Assembly (NCBI GenBank): GCA_002492045.1
Contig: DKXC01000095.1
Span: 5,735-38,446, forward strand
DNA: 32,712 nucleotides
Source: Micrococcaceae bacterium UBA7136
Lineage (GTDB): Bacteria; Actinomycetota; Actinomycetes; Actinomycetales; Micrococcaceae
Reading direction: 5' to 3'
Below the pieces are notes generated by a model that saw only the letters and a program-made list of their open reading frames with translations, ran no database searches and had not been told where the DNA came from. Positions 7,695 to 17,809 of this stretch are shown piece after piece. Numbering within the stretch: position 1 is the stretch's first letter; each line of letters starts with the position of its first letter. A program made the translations under genes and the position numbers.

Positions 7695-9194
7695 TTAGAG
7701 CAGGGCACTCCAGAGACGGCAGAGGTTCTCCATGACCTTCTGCCGGTTAGGCCGGTTGACCCACTCGTCGTAGCGCAGCTCCTTGCAGCGAGAAATGTAA
7801 TCCTGGGCGATCGCGTCCAAAGACCGCACCATATCCTCGTCCACAATAAAGTTAGACACCTCAAAGTTGAGGGCAAAGGAGCGGGGATCCATATTTGAAG
7901 AGCCGATAAAGGTCAGCTCGTCGTCCACCACCATGAACTTTGAGTGCAGGACGGTCGGCCCGGGGTACTGCTGGATGCGCACGCCAGCCTTGAGCAGCTG
8001 CTCATAGTAAGACCGCTGACCCATAATGGGCAGGAACTGGTCACCCTTCTCGCAGACAATCAGGGTTACCTTAATACCGGATAGGGCCATGTTGGTCAGG
8101 GCCTGCAGGAGGGTTTCTTCCGGCACGAAGTAGGGGGAGCAGATCAGGATACGCCGCTCAGCATTGTAGAGCAGGTGGTTGATGAGTCGCAGATTATTTT
8201 CGGTCTCAAAACCGGGGCCGGAGGGCACCACCTGGGCCAGGGGACGCTGGTTGAGGCTGGCCTTGTCCAGGTTGACCAGCACCTGGGAGTCAATCTCGTC
8301 AATGAGCAGTTCCTTGGTTTCGGCGTACCAGTCTGACACGAAAACCGCGTTGAGCTGCTGAACCACGGGGCCGGTGCAGAAGAAGGAGAGGTCCTTCCAG
8401 GCTAGGCCCTTCTCGATGTTGCCCTTGAGGTTGTAGCTGCGGTCAATGGCGTTCTGGGAGCCTGAGAAGGCCAGCTGTCCGTCAATGACCACAATCTTGC
8501 GGTGGTTGCGTAGGTCGGGTCGCTGCCACTGGCCCTTGAGGGGCTTGAGGGGCAGCATGAGCCGCCAGGGTACCCCGGCTTCGTTCAGTCGCTGCTGGAG
8601 CTCCTTCCAGCGGGGGTACTTACGGGAACCAATATGGTCAATCAGAACATGGACGGCCACCCCGCGCTGGTGGGCTCGGATGAGGGCATCCCAGAGGGGT
8701 TCGGTGGTGGCATCTAGGGCGGTGATGTAGAACTCGAAGTGGACGTAGTCCTTGGCCTGGTCGATGCGCTGGGCTAGTTCCTGTAGGGCTTCGTTGTTAT
8801 CGGGTCGCAGGTCGAAGCTGTTGCCGCCAACCAGGGGCAGGGCACCCAGCTGGTAGTTGAGGTGGGCTGCAACCCGGGCTGGCTCGGAGAGCTGGGGGCT
8901 GCCCAGGACGGCCTCGTCGCCTTCGATAGCGTCCTTGATGATTTGGTTCATGGCCCGCTGGCGGCTGCGGCGGTGGCGGGGCACCAGGTTGGAGCCGAAG
9001 ATGAGGAAGGCTAGCAGGCCGATAAAGGGGATGAAGAAGATGGCCAGAAGCCAGCCCAGGGCCACCACGGGTTTGCGGTTGTAGGGTAGCCAGAAGATGA
9101 CGGTCAGGCGGATGATGAGGTCTGCGACGATGAAGAGGAGGGAGACCCAGTTGGGGGCATCTAAGAGGCTGAGGAAGGGCAGGCCAAGATTCAT
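7695..9194 (-). CDS. cls: Cardiolipin synthase
   Basis: Two N-terminal TM helices, two HKD motifs (RNHRKIVVIDG, LHSKFMVVDD), GSSNMDPRS; TAAACT-7 nt-ATG suggests leaderless start at 9194. Confidence 0.93.
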   Translation of the reverse strand: MNLGLPFLSLLDAPNWVSLLFIVADLIIRLTVIFWLPYNRKPVVALGWLLAIFFIPFIGLLAFLIFGSNLVPRHRRSRQRAMNQIIKDAIEGDEAVLGSPQLSEPARVAAHLNYQLGALPLVGGNSFDLRPDNNEALQELAQRIDQAKDYVHFEFYITALDATTEPLWDALIRAHQRGVAVHVLIDHIGSRKYPRWKELQQRLNEAGVPWRLMLPLKPLKGQWQRPDLRNHRKIVVIDGQLAFSGSQNAIDRSYNLKGNIEKGLAWKDLSFFCTGPVVQQLNAVFVSDWYAETKELLIDEIDSQVLVNLDKASLNQRPLAQVVPSGPGFETENNLRLINHLLYNAERRILICSPYFVPEETLLQALTNMALSGIKVTLIVCEKGDQFLPIMGQRSYYEQLLKAGVRIQQYPGPTVLHSKFMVVDDELTFIGSSNMDPRSFALNFEVSNFIVDEDMVRSLDAIAQDYISRCKELRYDEWVNRPNRQKVMENLCRLWSALL

Positions 9195-9316
9195 GTCCAC
9201 TAGTTTACTGACAGACGTCGGAGCTTGTGAGGGGCCTGTGTTCTGGGACTCTTAGGGTAGAGTGGCAGGAGACCACCTATCGGCAAGCCCAAGGACGGGC
9301 AGAGCAGGAGACAGCC

Positions 9317-10279
9317 ATGAAGGTTCTTCTACCCACCAGTATTGGCCTGGAAACCAACCGACTGGGCCTGGCCCCAGAAGACCAGATCGTAGCCTACAAC
9401 CCCCGAGAAGCCATCGACCCCCAGCATGAGGACGCTGACGTCCTGGTGGCCTGGGGTAATGCCAACTGGCAGCTACGGGACGCCGCCACCCGCCTACAAA
9501 ACCTGGGATTAGTTCAGGCCCTGCTAGCTGGCCCCGACCAGGCCCGGGCCGCCGGTTTTGCGCCCGAGGTAGTCATTACCTCTGGTGTTGGTCTGCATTC
9601 TTTGACCGTGGCTGAGCACGCCCTGGCTCTTTCCCTTAACCTGGTGCGTTTTCTACCCACCCTGGCTGGCCATCAGGCCCAGAAGCATTGGGCCTCTGAA
9701 CTGGGAGGCCTGCAGGAGCTACACCCCCAGGGGCAGCTGACCACTCTGCTGGATGCCCGCGTCACCATCTGGGGTTTTGGTTCTATCGGCCAGGCAACCG
9801 CCCGGCTCTTTGCGGCCTTTGGCGCCCAGGTGACCGGTATTGCCCGCAGTGCGGGGGAGCGGGCTGGTTTCTCGGTGCTGGCCGAGAGCGACCTGGACAA
9901 GGTGCTACCTGAGACTGACCTGCTGGTCATGATCCTGCCCCAGTCAGAGCAGACCTATCAGGCCCTGGGCGCCCACCAGCTGGAGCTGCTACCTTCTCAC
10001 GCCTACCTGGTTAATGTGGGCCGGGGTTCTACCGTGGACGAGGCTGCTCTGGCTGATGCCCTGCGTCAGGGGTCTATTGCTGGTGCTGCCCTGGATGTTA
10101 CTGCCACTGAGCCCCTACCGGCTGACGATCCGCTCTGGGAAGCCCCTAACCTGGTTATCACCCCGCATGCTGCTGGTGGACGCCCAGTCAACCCTGAAGC
10201 CCTGATCGCCCAGAATCTGCAGGCCCTGCGCGACGAGCGGGCAGGACGCCCCGCCAACTGGCGCAACCGCATGAACTAG
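9317..10279 (+). CDS. D-isomer-specific 2-hydroxyacid dehydrogenase family protein
   Basis: VAEHA, GFGSIG, NVGRG, LDV..EP, TPH motifs; AGGAG SD before ATG 9317. Confidence 0.9.
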   Translation: MKVLLPTSIGLETNRLGLAPEDQIVAYNPREAIDPQHEDADVLVAWGNANWQLRDAATRLQNLGLVQALLAGPDQARAAGFAPEVVITSGVGLHSLTVAEHALALSLNLVRFLPTLAGHQAQKHWASELGGLQELHPQGQLTTLLDARVTIWGFGSIGQATARLFAAFGAQVTGIARSAGERAGFSVLAESDLDKVLPETDLLVMILPQSEQTYQALGAHQLELLPSHAYLVNVGRGSTVDEAALADALRQGSIAGAALDVTATEPLPADDPLWEAPNLVITPHAAGGRPVNPEALIAQNLQALRDERAGRPANWRNRMN

Positions 10280-10304
10280 GGGAGCCTGCCAGAAAAAGGG
10301 GCAT

Positions 10305-10363
10305 AAGAAGGGGCAGGGTCCGGCCTTAAGATTTCTCCTAGACCGGGCCACCTGCCCCTTCTT
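10305..10363. terminator. Probable bidirectional terminator hairpin
   Basis: aagaaggggcagg ... cctgccccttctt between convergent genes. Confidence 0.65.
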
Positions 10364-10372
10364 TAGCTTGAA

Positions 10373-12124
10373 CTAGCTGACGACGTGGCCGGTCTCCTCA
10401 AGGAGCTTGGCCCGTAGCTGGCGACGCTCAGCCTGAGCAGCCGGGTCAGGCAGAGGAACAGCAGCCAGCAGACGCTGAGTGTACACCTCACGGGGGTGAC
10501 GCAGAATCTGCTCACGGGGGCCCTGTTCCACAATCTCGCCTCGACGCATAACCGCAATCCGGTCGGCCAGGGCGTCAATAACAGCCAGGTCGTGGGTGAC
10601 AAAGAGGCAGGCAAAACCCATTTCTTCCTGCAGCTCCTGGAAAAGCTCCAGGACGCGGGCCTGAACCGAAACATCCAGGGCGCTAGTCGGTTCGTCCGCA
10701 ATCAGCAGTTTAGGCTTGAGAGACAGGGCTCGGGCAATACCCACCCGCTGCTTCTGACCACCAGAAAGCTCATGGGGGTAGCGGTTACGGTAGGAGCGAG
10801 GCAGCTCCACCCGGTCCAGTAGCTCCTCAATTCGCCTCTGTAGCTCATCGCCCTTGGCAACCCCGGCCAGCATCATGGGCTCACCAATCGACTCACCGAT
10901 AGGCAGACGCGGGTTAAGAGAAGAAGAAGGATCCTGGAAGACCATACCCACGTCCTTGCGAACCTGAGCAAGGTCCTTACGGCTAGGCTTACGCATATCT
11001 ACACCACAGACCGTCATCTGCCCCTCAGCTACTTGCAGGAAGCCCACCGTAGCGCGGCCAATAGTGGACTTACCAGAGCCAGACTCACCCACTAGACCCA
11101 GAACCTCACCGGCTCGGATCTCTAGATTGGCCCCGCTAACAGCCCTAAAGGGGCCAATCCGCCCCTGCTTGGGGTACTCCAGGGCGACGTCCTTGAGCGA
11201 AAGGATAACCTCCCCCTGGCGCTTGGGGGCCACCTGCTCTAGCAGGGCGGTTGCCGGACGCATGTTCTCAGCTGCCTCATCAATAGCGGCATTCACATCA
11301 ATCTCATCGCCACCCAGGCGCAGCACCGCACCTAGCAGGGCCTTGGTGTAGTCATGCTGAGGGTTAGCAAAGATATCTTGAATATCCCCGGTCTCTACAA
11401 TCTGGCCCCGGCGCATAACAGCAACCCGGTCGGCCAGGTCTGCTACTACACCCATATCGTGGGTAATCAGGATGATGGCTGAGTTCAGCTTCTTCTGCAG
11501 GTTGCGCATGAGCTCCAGAATCTCTGCCTGGACGGTAACGTCCAGGGCTGTTGTGGGCTCATCAGCAATGAGTAGCTTGGGGTTAGTCGACAGGGACTGG
11601 GCGATCATGGCTCGCTGCCGCTGACCGCCAGACATCTGGTGGGGGTAGGAGTTGAAGGCCTTGACCGGGTCTGGCATCTCTACCATCTCTAGCATCTTGA
11701 TGGCTTCTTCCTTGGCCTGGTCAGGGGAAATATCCTTGTGCAGGCGTAGGGTCTCCACGATCTGGTCGCCTACGGTCATGACCGGGTTCATGGCGGTCAT
11801 CGGTTCCTGGAAGATAACAGCAACCTCTTCACCACGTACACTGAGCAGGTCTGAGTTAGAGAGGCCTACCAGCTCTCGACCGTTGAGCTTGACCGACCCT
11901 GAGACACGGGCGTTCTTGGGCAAGAGGCCAATCATACCCATTGAAGACACTGACTTACCTGAGCCAGATTCACCCACAATGGCTAGTACCTCACCGGGGT
12001 AAACCTCGTAGTTGAGGTTCATTGCGGCTGGAACCCACTGGCGTTCAACACCGAAGTCGACGCTCAGGTCACGGACCTGTAGGACCGGCTCTTGGCCGGG
12101 CTTCTGAGTACTAGAAGTCTGCAT
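10373..12124 (-). CDS. Peptide ABC transporter ATP-binding protein, fused double ATPase (OppD/F-like)
   Basis: Two GESGSGKS Walker A, two YPH..SGGQ signatures, two LIADEPT motifs; start placed at ATG 12124 to avoid overlap with the opposite-strand gene. Confidence 0.92.
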   Translation of the reverse strand: MQTSSTQKPGQEPVLQVRDLSVDFGVERQWVPAAMNLNYEVYPGEVLAIVGESGSGKSVSSMGMIGLLPKNARVSGSVKLNGRELVGLSNSDLLSVRGEEVAVIFQEPMTAMNPVMTVGDQIVETLRLHKDISPDQAKEEAIKMLEMVEMPDPVKAFNSYPHQMSGGQRQRAMIAQSLSTNPKLLIADEPTTALDVTVQAEILELMRNLQKKLNSAIILITHDMGVVADLADRVAVMRRGQIVETGDIQDIFANPQHDYTKALLGAVLRLGGDEIDVNAAIDEAAENMRPATALLEQVAPKRQGEVILSLKDVALEYPKQGRIGPFRAVSGANLEIRAGEVLGLVGESGSGKSTIGRATVGFLQVAEGQMTVCGVDMRKPSRKDLAQVRKDVGMVFQDPSSSLNPRLPIGESIGEPMMLAGVAKGDELQRRIEELLDRVELPRSYRNRYPHELSGGQKQRVGIARALSLKPKLLIADEPTSALDVSVQARVLELFQELQEEMGFACLFVTHDLAVIDALADRIAVMRRGEIVEQGPREQILRHPREVYTQRLLAAVPLPDPAAQAERRQLRAKLLEETGHVVS

Positions 12125-12200
12125 TGGTTTATCCCAACTTTTGGTTCTTGATAAGAAGTCTATTTGATTGAGCAAGCTGACCTGAGAGAAGCTAGAGGCT

Positions 12201-12842
12201 ATGAGGTCCCAGTATTTGCAGAACCCCCCGCTTACCTTCCGCACCCGAACCGCTACCCTCTATACGGGGTTTGCGCTTCTTCTTGCGGTCAGTACGCTCC
12301 TATCCCTGGTACTGATGGGTGGAATCAGCCTCCTGCTGGCCTACGCCTGGGGCCCTCTTTTCCTGGCCTACGGAATCTACTACCTTTTAGGCCAGCCCAG
12401 CCTGAGAGTGGGGGAGGAAGACATCCTCATTAGGAATCCGGGGTGTTGGCACCGAATCACCTATGCTGCTCTCATTGATGTATCCACCAAATACCACCTG
12501 ACTTTGGTGACTCCTCAGCGGCGCTACCAGGTTTTTGCCCTGCCAGCTAGCGGCATGCTGGCTTCCCTAAATGCCAGCCGTCAGGATCTCCATAACCTTC
12601 CGGCCATCAGCTATAAGCCTGGTGGAGGGCTGGCTACCTCAGATCTTCCTAACTCGGCTGCTGGGGCTAGTGCCCTGGTGATCCGGGGCTACTGGCAGGA
12701 GCTGGTAGAAGCTGGGGCCTTGGAAGACAAGGAGGGCCAGGTTCAGTCCTACTGGGATATTCCTGGCCTGCTCATCCTACTAGCTCTCTTGCTAGCAGCT
12801 CTTGCTGGCTTCTACTGGGGGTCTGGCTTTGAGGGAGTTTAG
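12201..12842 (+). CDS. Membrane protein with probable bacterial PH domain
   Basis: Two N-terminal TM helices, then PSLRV...ILIRNP...ITY..LIDV (bPH-like), C-terminal TM helix; has its own terminator. Confidence 0.7.
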   Translation: MRSQYLQNPPLTFRTRTATLYTGFALLLAVSTLLSLVLMGGISLLLAYAWGPLFLAYGIYYLLGQPSLRVGEEDILIRNPGCWHRITYAALIDVSTKYHLTLVTPQRRYQVFALPASGMLASLNASRQDLHNLPAISYKPGGGLATSDLPNSAAGASALVIRGYWQELVEAGALEDKEGQVQSYWDIPGLLILLALLLAALAGFYWGSGFEGV

Positions 12843-12863
12843 CTTCTCTATAGATTTATGAGG

Positions 12864-12911
12864 GGCAGACGGTGGTCTTGAATCTGGCAGGCCACCGTCT
12901 GCCTTTCTTTT
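12864..12911 (+). terminator. Intrinsic terminator of the PH-domain gene
   Basis: GGCAGACGGTGG / CCACCGTCTGCC stem followed by TTTCTTTT. Confidence 0.75.
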
Positions 12912-12919
12912 AAGGGCGG

Positions 12920-14053
12920 CTAGCTTGAGCTCTTGCTGGCTGGCTGGCTCTTAGCCTGCTCCTGCCAGGGGCTTACCTGGACGGACGCCTGCTGGCTGCC
13001 GTCAATCCCTAGGCCGTTCTCGGCTGAGTGGGCGGTACGCTCCTTAGCCTTCTTGGGGTTGAACTTCTTCTGCCTGGGGTCAAAGGCATCACGCAGGCCG
13101 TCGCCCACGAAGTTAATGGCCAGGGAGATCGCCAGGATGAAGAGGCCCGGGAACCAGAAGAGCCAGGGACGGGTGGCGAAGGCTGACTGGTTGGCTGAAA
13201 TCAGAGAGCCTAGAGACCAGTCGGGAGCCTTAATGCCGAAGCCCAGGTAAGAGAGGCCGGTCTCGGTCAAGATAGCGGAGCTCATCATCAGGGAGATACT
13301 GACGGTGACCACACCGATAGCGTTGGGCAGGATGTGCTTGAAGATGATCCGCATATCTGAGGCACCGGCGAGGCGGGCGGCATCAACGAACTCCCGTTCA
13401 CGCAGGGTCAGGAACTCTGCTCGCACCAGACGAGCTAGGGAAGACCAGAAAAGCAGACCCACCACAACACCGAACATGACGGTGTTCCAGACGCCGGTGA
13501 AGTAGCTACCGGCCAGCTTACCGAGCACAGCGGTCAGAAGCATGAGGGGAATGATGATGATCATGTCGGTGAAGCGCATAATGACGGCCTCTACCCAGCC
13601 ACGGTAGTAGCCGGCCAGACCACCGAAGAGGACACCCAGGAAACCTGCGATACCGGTAATCAGGACGACTACCAGGAAGGTGTTCTGGATGCCTCGCATG
13701 GTCATGGCGAAGAGGTCGCGTCCGGTGGCGTCCTGGCCAAACCAGTGCTGGGCGTTGGGGGCAGCCCCATTGATGATGGGGTGCATATCGTTGTAGTTGT
13801 AGCGCCACCAGCCTGGAATGGGCCCAACACCAATGGAGGTGATGGACAGCAGGAAGATGAGGAGCAGGATGATGAGGGAGACCACTGCGCCGGTATTTTG
13901 GCGGAAGCGCTTACGCACAATCTGTCCCTGGGTCTTGCCCACAGATTCTTGGGCCCGGATGTCCAGGTTAGTTTCTACCGCCCGCATGGCGGTGGTTTCG
14001 GTGGTGGGTTCCTTAGCCAGTTTTTGGCTGGACTTCTGTTCTTGACTGCTCAT
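12920..14053 (-). CDS. Peptide ABC transporter permease (OppC/DppC-like)
   Basis: HWFGQDATGRD, EAA-type loop REFVDAARLAGAS...HILPN, NFVGDGLRDAFDP. Confidence 0.93.
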   Translation of the reverse strand: MSSQEQKSSQKLAKEPTTETTAMRAVETNLDIRAQESVGKTQGQIVRKRFRQNTGAVVSLIILLLIFLLSITSIGVGPIPGWWRYNYNDMHPIINGAAPNAQHWFGQDATGRDLFAMTMRGIQNTFLVVVLITGIAGFLGVLFGGLAGYYRGWVEAVIMRFTDMIIIIPLMLLTAVLGKLAGSYFTGVWNTVMFGVVVGLLFWSSLARLVRAEFLTLREREFVDAARLAGASDMRIIFKHILPNAIGVVTVSISLMMSSAILTETGLSYLGFGIKAPDWSLGSLISANQSAFATRPWLFWFPGLFILAISLAINFVGDGLRDAFDPRQKKFNPKKAKERTAHSAENGLGIDGSQQASVQVSPWQEQAKSQPASKSSS

Positions 14054-15585
14054 TAGGCTTTCACCCTTACTCGCGGATCTAGGGCTGAGTAGAGAAGGTC
14101 AGCCACCAGGTTGAAGATGAGCGCCATGAGGCCGGTGACCAGGAAGACGCCCATGACGGGGTTGGGGTCGGTGTGGGCCAAAGAATCCAAGAAGAGAGTA
14201 CCCATACCCTTGAAGGCGAAGATACGCTCGGTAATGGCCGCGCCACCAATAATGCCGCCAATATCCATAGCAATAATGGTTGCCAGGGGAATCAGAGCGT
14301 TACGGAAGGCGTGCTTCATGACCACGGCCCGTTCGGAGACACCCTTAGCTCGGGCGGTACGAATGTAGTCCTGGTTCATGATCTCTAGCATGGAGGCCCG
14401 GGAGAAACGGGAGTAGGAGGCTAGAGAGATCAGGGTCAGGGCGATAGTGGGAAGCAGGATGTGGGTCATGGTGTCGATACCCAAGACCCAGAAGTCGCCC
14501 TGGAGGTTAGGGGTAGAGGCATTGGCGGTGGGGATAGGACGTCCCTTAATGCGGCTGTTGCTGATGTACTCGGGCCAGGCCTGCATAAAGCGGTCGGCAA
14601 TAATCAGCAGGGCCATAGCCAGGCCGGTCAGCAGGCCAACCCGGGCACCCTGGCCCCGGTCGTAGCCACCAGCCAGAAGACCCAGAACCCAGCCCAGGGC
14701 CATGAAGGCCGCCAGGATAATAACAACCATGAGGAGGGTCGCCTGAGCCAGTAGCCCCTGGAGGGGGAAGTAGGCGATAAGCCCCACCAGCACCATACCC
14801 AGGCCGGTGCCCAGGGCCCGGCGATTACGTAGACCTGCTACCAGGTAGGTGAAGAGTACCGCAGCGCCCAGGCCCAGGGGCAGCATGAAGGGGATGCCCA
14901 GGAAGGGTGTCAGGAACCACTGGGTGGCTGAAACAAAGACAATCATGCCTGCGGTCAGCAGGAAACCGACCAAGCCCATGAGGTAGCGGGTGCGCTGCTT
15001 ACCGAAGGAGGCCGAGTACCAGAAAATACCCGCAATAAGAGAAATCAGCAGGGTAGTGGGGATGGTGACTACCGGGTTACGGAGGAAGTCGTTGAAGCCA
15101 ATGGCCAGGAACTCTTTCAGTAGAACCGCAATCCAGAAGGAAGGCAGAGAGAAGAAGAGGAAGCTGGCAAAGGTGACAGTGTAGTCCAGGGCAGAGTACT
15201 GGCGCAGGGCTGAAACGATACCCAGGCTGACACCAATCAAGATAGAGAGGATGGTGGAGGCCAAGACCAGGGTCAGGGTCTGGTAGATAGCGTTAGCCAG
15301 CAGCTGGGTTACCGGGGTGCCAGCCAGGTTCTGACCGAAGTCGCACTGACCGGCGAAGCAGCCCAGGATGCCGCCTAGCCACATAAAGTAGCGGACGGGG
15401 GCCGGGACATCAAGGTTGAGAGCCTCAACGCGCTGGGCGATGAGCTGTTCCTTATTGGGAGAGTTAGAGACAAGTAGTTCTTCGAGAGGGTTACCTGCGA
15501 TAGCTACGAGGTTGTAGACCAGGAAGGATGCCCCCAGAAGAATAAAGACAGCTGTGATGAGCCGCCTTACTGAGTACATGAGCAT
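14053..15585 (-). CDS. Peptide ABC transporter permease (OppB/DppB-like) with extra TM segments
   Basis: YSVRRLI N-terminus, QDYIRTARAKG...HAFRNAL, DLLYSALDPRV; stop overlaps the next start. Confidence 0.93.
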   Translation of the reverse strand: MLMYSVRRLITAVFILLGASFLVYNLVAIAGNPLEELLVSNSPNKEQLIAQRVEALNLDVPAPVRYFMWLGGILGCFAGQCDFGQNLAGTPVTQLLANAIYQTLTLVLASTILSILIGVSLGIVSALRQYSALDYTVTFASFLFFSLPSFWIAVLLKEFLAIGFNDFLRNPVVTIPTTLLISLIAGIFWYSASFGKQRTRYLMGLVGFLLTAGMIVFVSATQWFLTPFLGIPFMLPLGLGAAVLFTYLVAGLRNRRALGTGLGMVLVGLIAYFPLQGLLAQATLLMVVIILAAFMALGWVLGLLAGGYDRGQGARVGLLTGLAMALLIIADRFMQAWPEYISNSRIKGRPIPTANASTPNLQGDFWVLGIDTMTHILLPTIALTLISLASYSRFSRASMLEIMNQDYIRTARAKGVSERAVVMKHAFRNALIPLATIIAMDIGGIIGGAAITERIFAFKGMGTLFLDSLAHTDPNPVMGVFLVTGLMALIFNLVADLLYSALDPRVRVKA

Positions 15586-15650
15586 GGTGGGTTCCTCAAG
15601 GGTTGATTAGGAGGGGCAGGTTCTGCTGGTGACCTGCCTGTAAGCCAAAT

Positions 15651-15680
15651 GGCGCGGAAGCTAGTAGGAGCTTCCGCGCC
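15651..15680 (-). terminator. Intergenic stem-loop after the substrate-binding gene (stabiliser or partial terminator)
   Basis: GGCGCGGAAGCT...AGCTTCCGCGCC 12-bp perfect stem. Confidence 0.6.
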
Positions 15681-15733
15681 ACCGGTATGTTGGCAGGATG
15701 CCTGCCTTGAGATGAGGGAGAGCAGAAAGAGGC

Positions 15734-17470
15734 TTACTTGCCGTAGCTCCACTCTTCAATGTTCCAGGTCAGGGGGTACTGGCCGGGCTTGGGCTTAACA
15801 CCCTGCAGGTTCTCGTTGTAGGAGGTGACAGCAACCGACTGGAAGAGGGGCAGACCGTAGGCGTCCTTGAAGAGCTCACCATCTGCCTGCATCTTCAGCT
15901 CTTCAATCCGGGCGGTGTCGGTGGTCCGCATGATGTTTTCTGCGGCCTCATCGACGGTGCTGTTGGAGTAGCTGGTGAAGTTAGAGGAAGAACCAGACTT
16001 GAAGATCTGGCCCAGGGTGCCGTTACCAACGCCAGAGGAAACCCAACCGAAGATGGAGGCCTCGTAGTCGCCACCGGCCAGCATGCTGCTCCACTGTTCG
16101 CTACCGGAGTCAACAACTACGAAACCGGCCTTTTCGGCGGATTCCTTAATCATCTGGAAGGTGTTGACGCGGTTGGAGTTCTTGGAGTTGTACAGGATCC
16201 GGATGGTGGGGGTCTGGCCGTTCAGCAGCTCCTTAGCCTTGGCGATATTGGCGTCCATATCGTTTGAGGGGTAGTCACTGGAGTTGTTGGACTGAACAGT
16301 CTTAGCGTAGTTTTCAGCGTCAGAGACCAGGTAGAGCTGGGAGTTCAGAACCTTAGCATCAGAGTTCATGGGCTTGATCAGCTTGTCGACGATGTCCTGG
16401 CGGGGAACGGTCAGCAAGAAGGCCTTGCGGACGTTCGCATCAGCGAAGGGGGAGCCTTCCTGCATGTTGAGGTCCAGGTGGTCGTAGGCCTGATCAGCCT
16501 GGGGAGTGGTGACTACACCGCTGAGGCCCTCCAGCTGAGAGACAGTGTCAATGGAGGCCTGGGGGGCTACAGCGTCTACTTCGCCGTTCTGCAGGGCCTG
16601 TACCTGACCTGCGGCATCAGGCAGAACCTTGAGCACAACTTCCTGGATGGCGGGCTTGGTGCTGCCCTGGTAGTTGGGGTTAGCGGTCAGGGTAACAGAC
16701 TGGTTCTCGATGACGTCGCTGACCAGGTAGGGGCCGTTACCTACCAGCAGCTTCTCGTCGGAGGGCTTGGTGGTGGTGTCGTAGGCGGTGTTCCAGGCTT
16801 CAGCGATCTTGGTCAGCTTATCGTTGTTTTCGCCGGGGGTGGCGCTTTCGAGGGTCTCAACCAGTTCTGCCTCGGTCATCCCTGCCAGTTCTGCAACCAC
16901 GTGGGCGGGCTTGGAGAGGTCGTAGACGGTCTCCCAGTCAGCGAAGGCGGTGGGGTAGGTGAAGGAGATGGAGCGATCGTCCTTGGTGGTGGGCTTACCT
17001 GCGGCAGCAAGACCGGAGGAGTCACCAGCGTAGTCGAAGTACTGGACGCCGTTTTCGTCCTGGCTGTTGAAGTGGCCAGAGATAGCGGCCCAGGCCAGAA
17101 GCAGGTCGCCCTTGTCGATATCGTTGCCGTCAGACCACTTCTGGCCTTCGTTGACGGTGTAATCGACCTTGATGCCTTCACCTTCGGGAGACATCTGGTA
17201 GGTGCCGAACCAGTCGTTGTGGCGGACCTCGAACTTGTCAGTCACGGTGTAGAAGCCCGTGTTGGTCATGGAGCTGATGATGCCGTTGGTGTCTGAGTTA
17301 CCGGTGGAGGTGCCGGTGTTCAGAGAGGAGAAAACATTGGTGATCGCAATGGATACGGAGCTGTCGTTAGTGGTCGCGTTGTTGCTGGAACCGCTGGTGG
17401 CGCAGGCTGAAAGGGTCAGTGCGCAGACAGCTGAGAGGCCGAGTGCGGAATAGGCGCGCTTCTTGGTCAT
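15734..17470 (-). CDS. Peptide ABC transporter substrate-binding lipoprotein (family 5)
   Basis: Lipobox LSAC, KWSDG..I, GNGPY, VRKAF; AAGGAG SD before ATG 17470. Confidence 0.92.
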   Translation of the reverse strand: MTKKRAYSALGLSAVCALTLSACATSGSSNNATTNDSSVSIAITNVFSSLNTGTSTGNSDTNGIISSMTNTGFYTVTDKFEVRHNDWFGTYQMSPEGEGIKVDYTVNEGQKWSDGNDIDKGDLLLAWAAISGHFNSQDENGVQYFDYAGDSSGLAAAGKPTTKDDRSISFTYPTAFADWETVYDLSKPAHVVAELAGMTEAELVETLESATPGENNDKLTKIAEAWNTAYDTTTKPSDEKLLVGNGPYLVSDVIENQSVTLTANPNYQGSTKPAIQEVVLKVLPDAAGQVQALQNGEVDAVAPQASIDTVSQLEGLSGVVTTPQADQAYDHLDLNMQEGSPFADANVRKAFLLTVPRQDIVDKLIKPMNSDAKVLNSQLYLVSDAENYAKTVQSNNSSDYPSNDMDANIAKAKELLNGQTPTIRILYNSKNSNRVNTFQMIKESAEKAGFVVVDSGSEQWSSMLAGGDYEASIFGWVSSGVGNGTLGQIFKSGSSSNFTSYSNSTVDEAAENIMRTTDTARIEELKMQADGELFKDAYGLPLFQSVAVTSYNENLQGVKPKPGQYPLTWNIEEWSYGK

Positions 17471-17553
17471 GGATGTCTCCTTGGTGGGAAGGCCAGTGTG
17501 TGTTCCACTGGGCGTGTCACCGCTAGCGGCCCCATGACCCCACAAGGAGGTCA

Positions 17554-17569
17554 AGTGCCTTGTGTCACA
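17554..17569. promoter_or_regulatory. Candidate CRP/GlxR site upstream of the peptide ABC operon
   Basis: AGTGC-N6-TCACA, 8/10 match to TGTGA-N6-TCACA. Confidence 0.35.
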
Positions 17570-17713
17570 CGCAGTGTTAGGAACAATAGTAAGGCATATT
17601 CCTATCTTTGCGCCAGCTTATCCCAAAAAATTTTCCCAACCTTCCCCTCGCCTAGGCCCCCAGCTCCTAACCATGCGGACCTGCTCAATACCGGCCTCCT
17701 GCTAGAAGCAGGC

Positions 17714-17774
17714 AAATAAAAACCACCCCGGGCGTCCACAGGTGAAAAACTCACCAGCGGACGGCCGGGGCGGT
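17714..17774 (-). terminator. Intrinsic terminator after the PTS gene
   Basis: Long GC hairpin 17722-17774 followed on the minus strand by TTTTTATTT. Confidence 0.75.
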
Positions 17775-17809
17775 CTCTTAGTAGCAGCGGACGCTAGGGC
17801 CCAGGGGCG

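Noticed and set aside
12129-12137. TTATCCCAA shared with about 17618-17626 as a peptide-operon operator
   Set aside because: Only 9 bp; one copy overlaps the ribosome-binding region and the other a likely -10; probably coincidence
12125-12244. Extended N-termini from the ORF track (12244, 17554, 25219, 9227, 4999)
   Set aside because: Downstream ATGs have a better SD or -10 context, fit paralogs better or avoid overlaps
16478-17296. 272-aa plus-strand ORF, and similar ones such as 3445-4185 and 30648-31271
   Set aside because: Fully overlap well-supported genes on the opposite strand; no family signal
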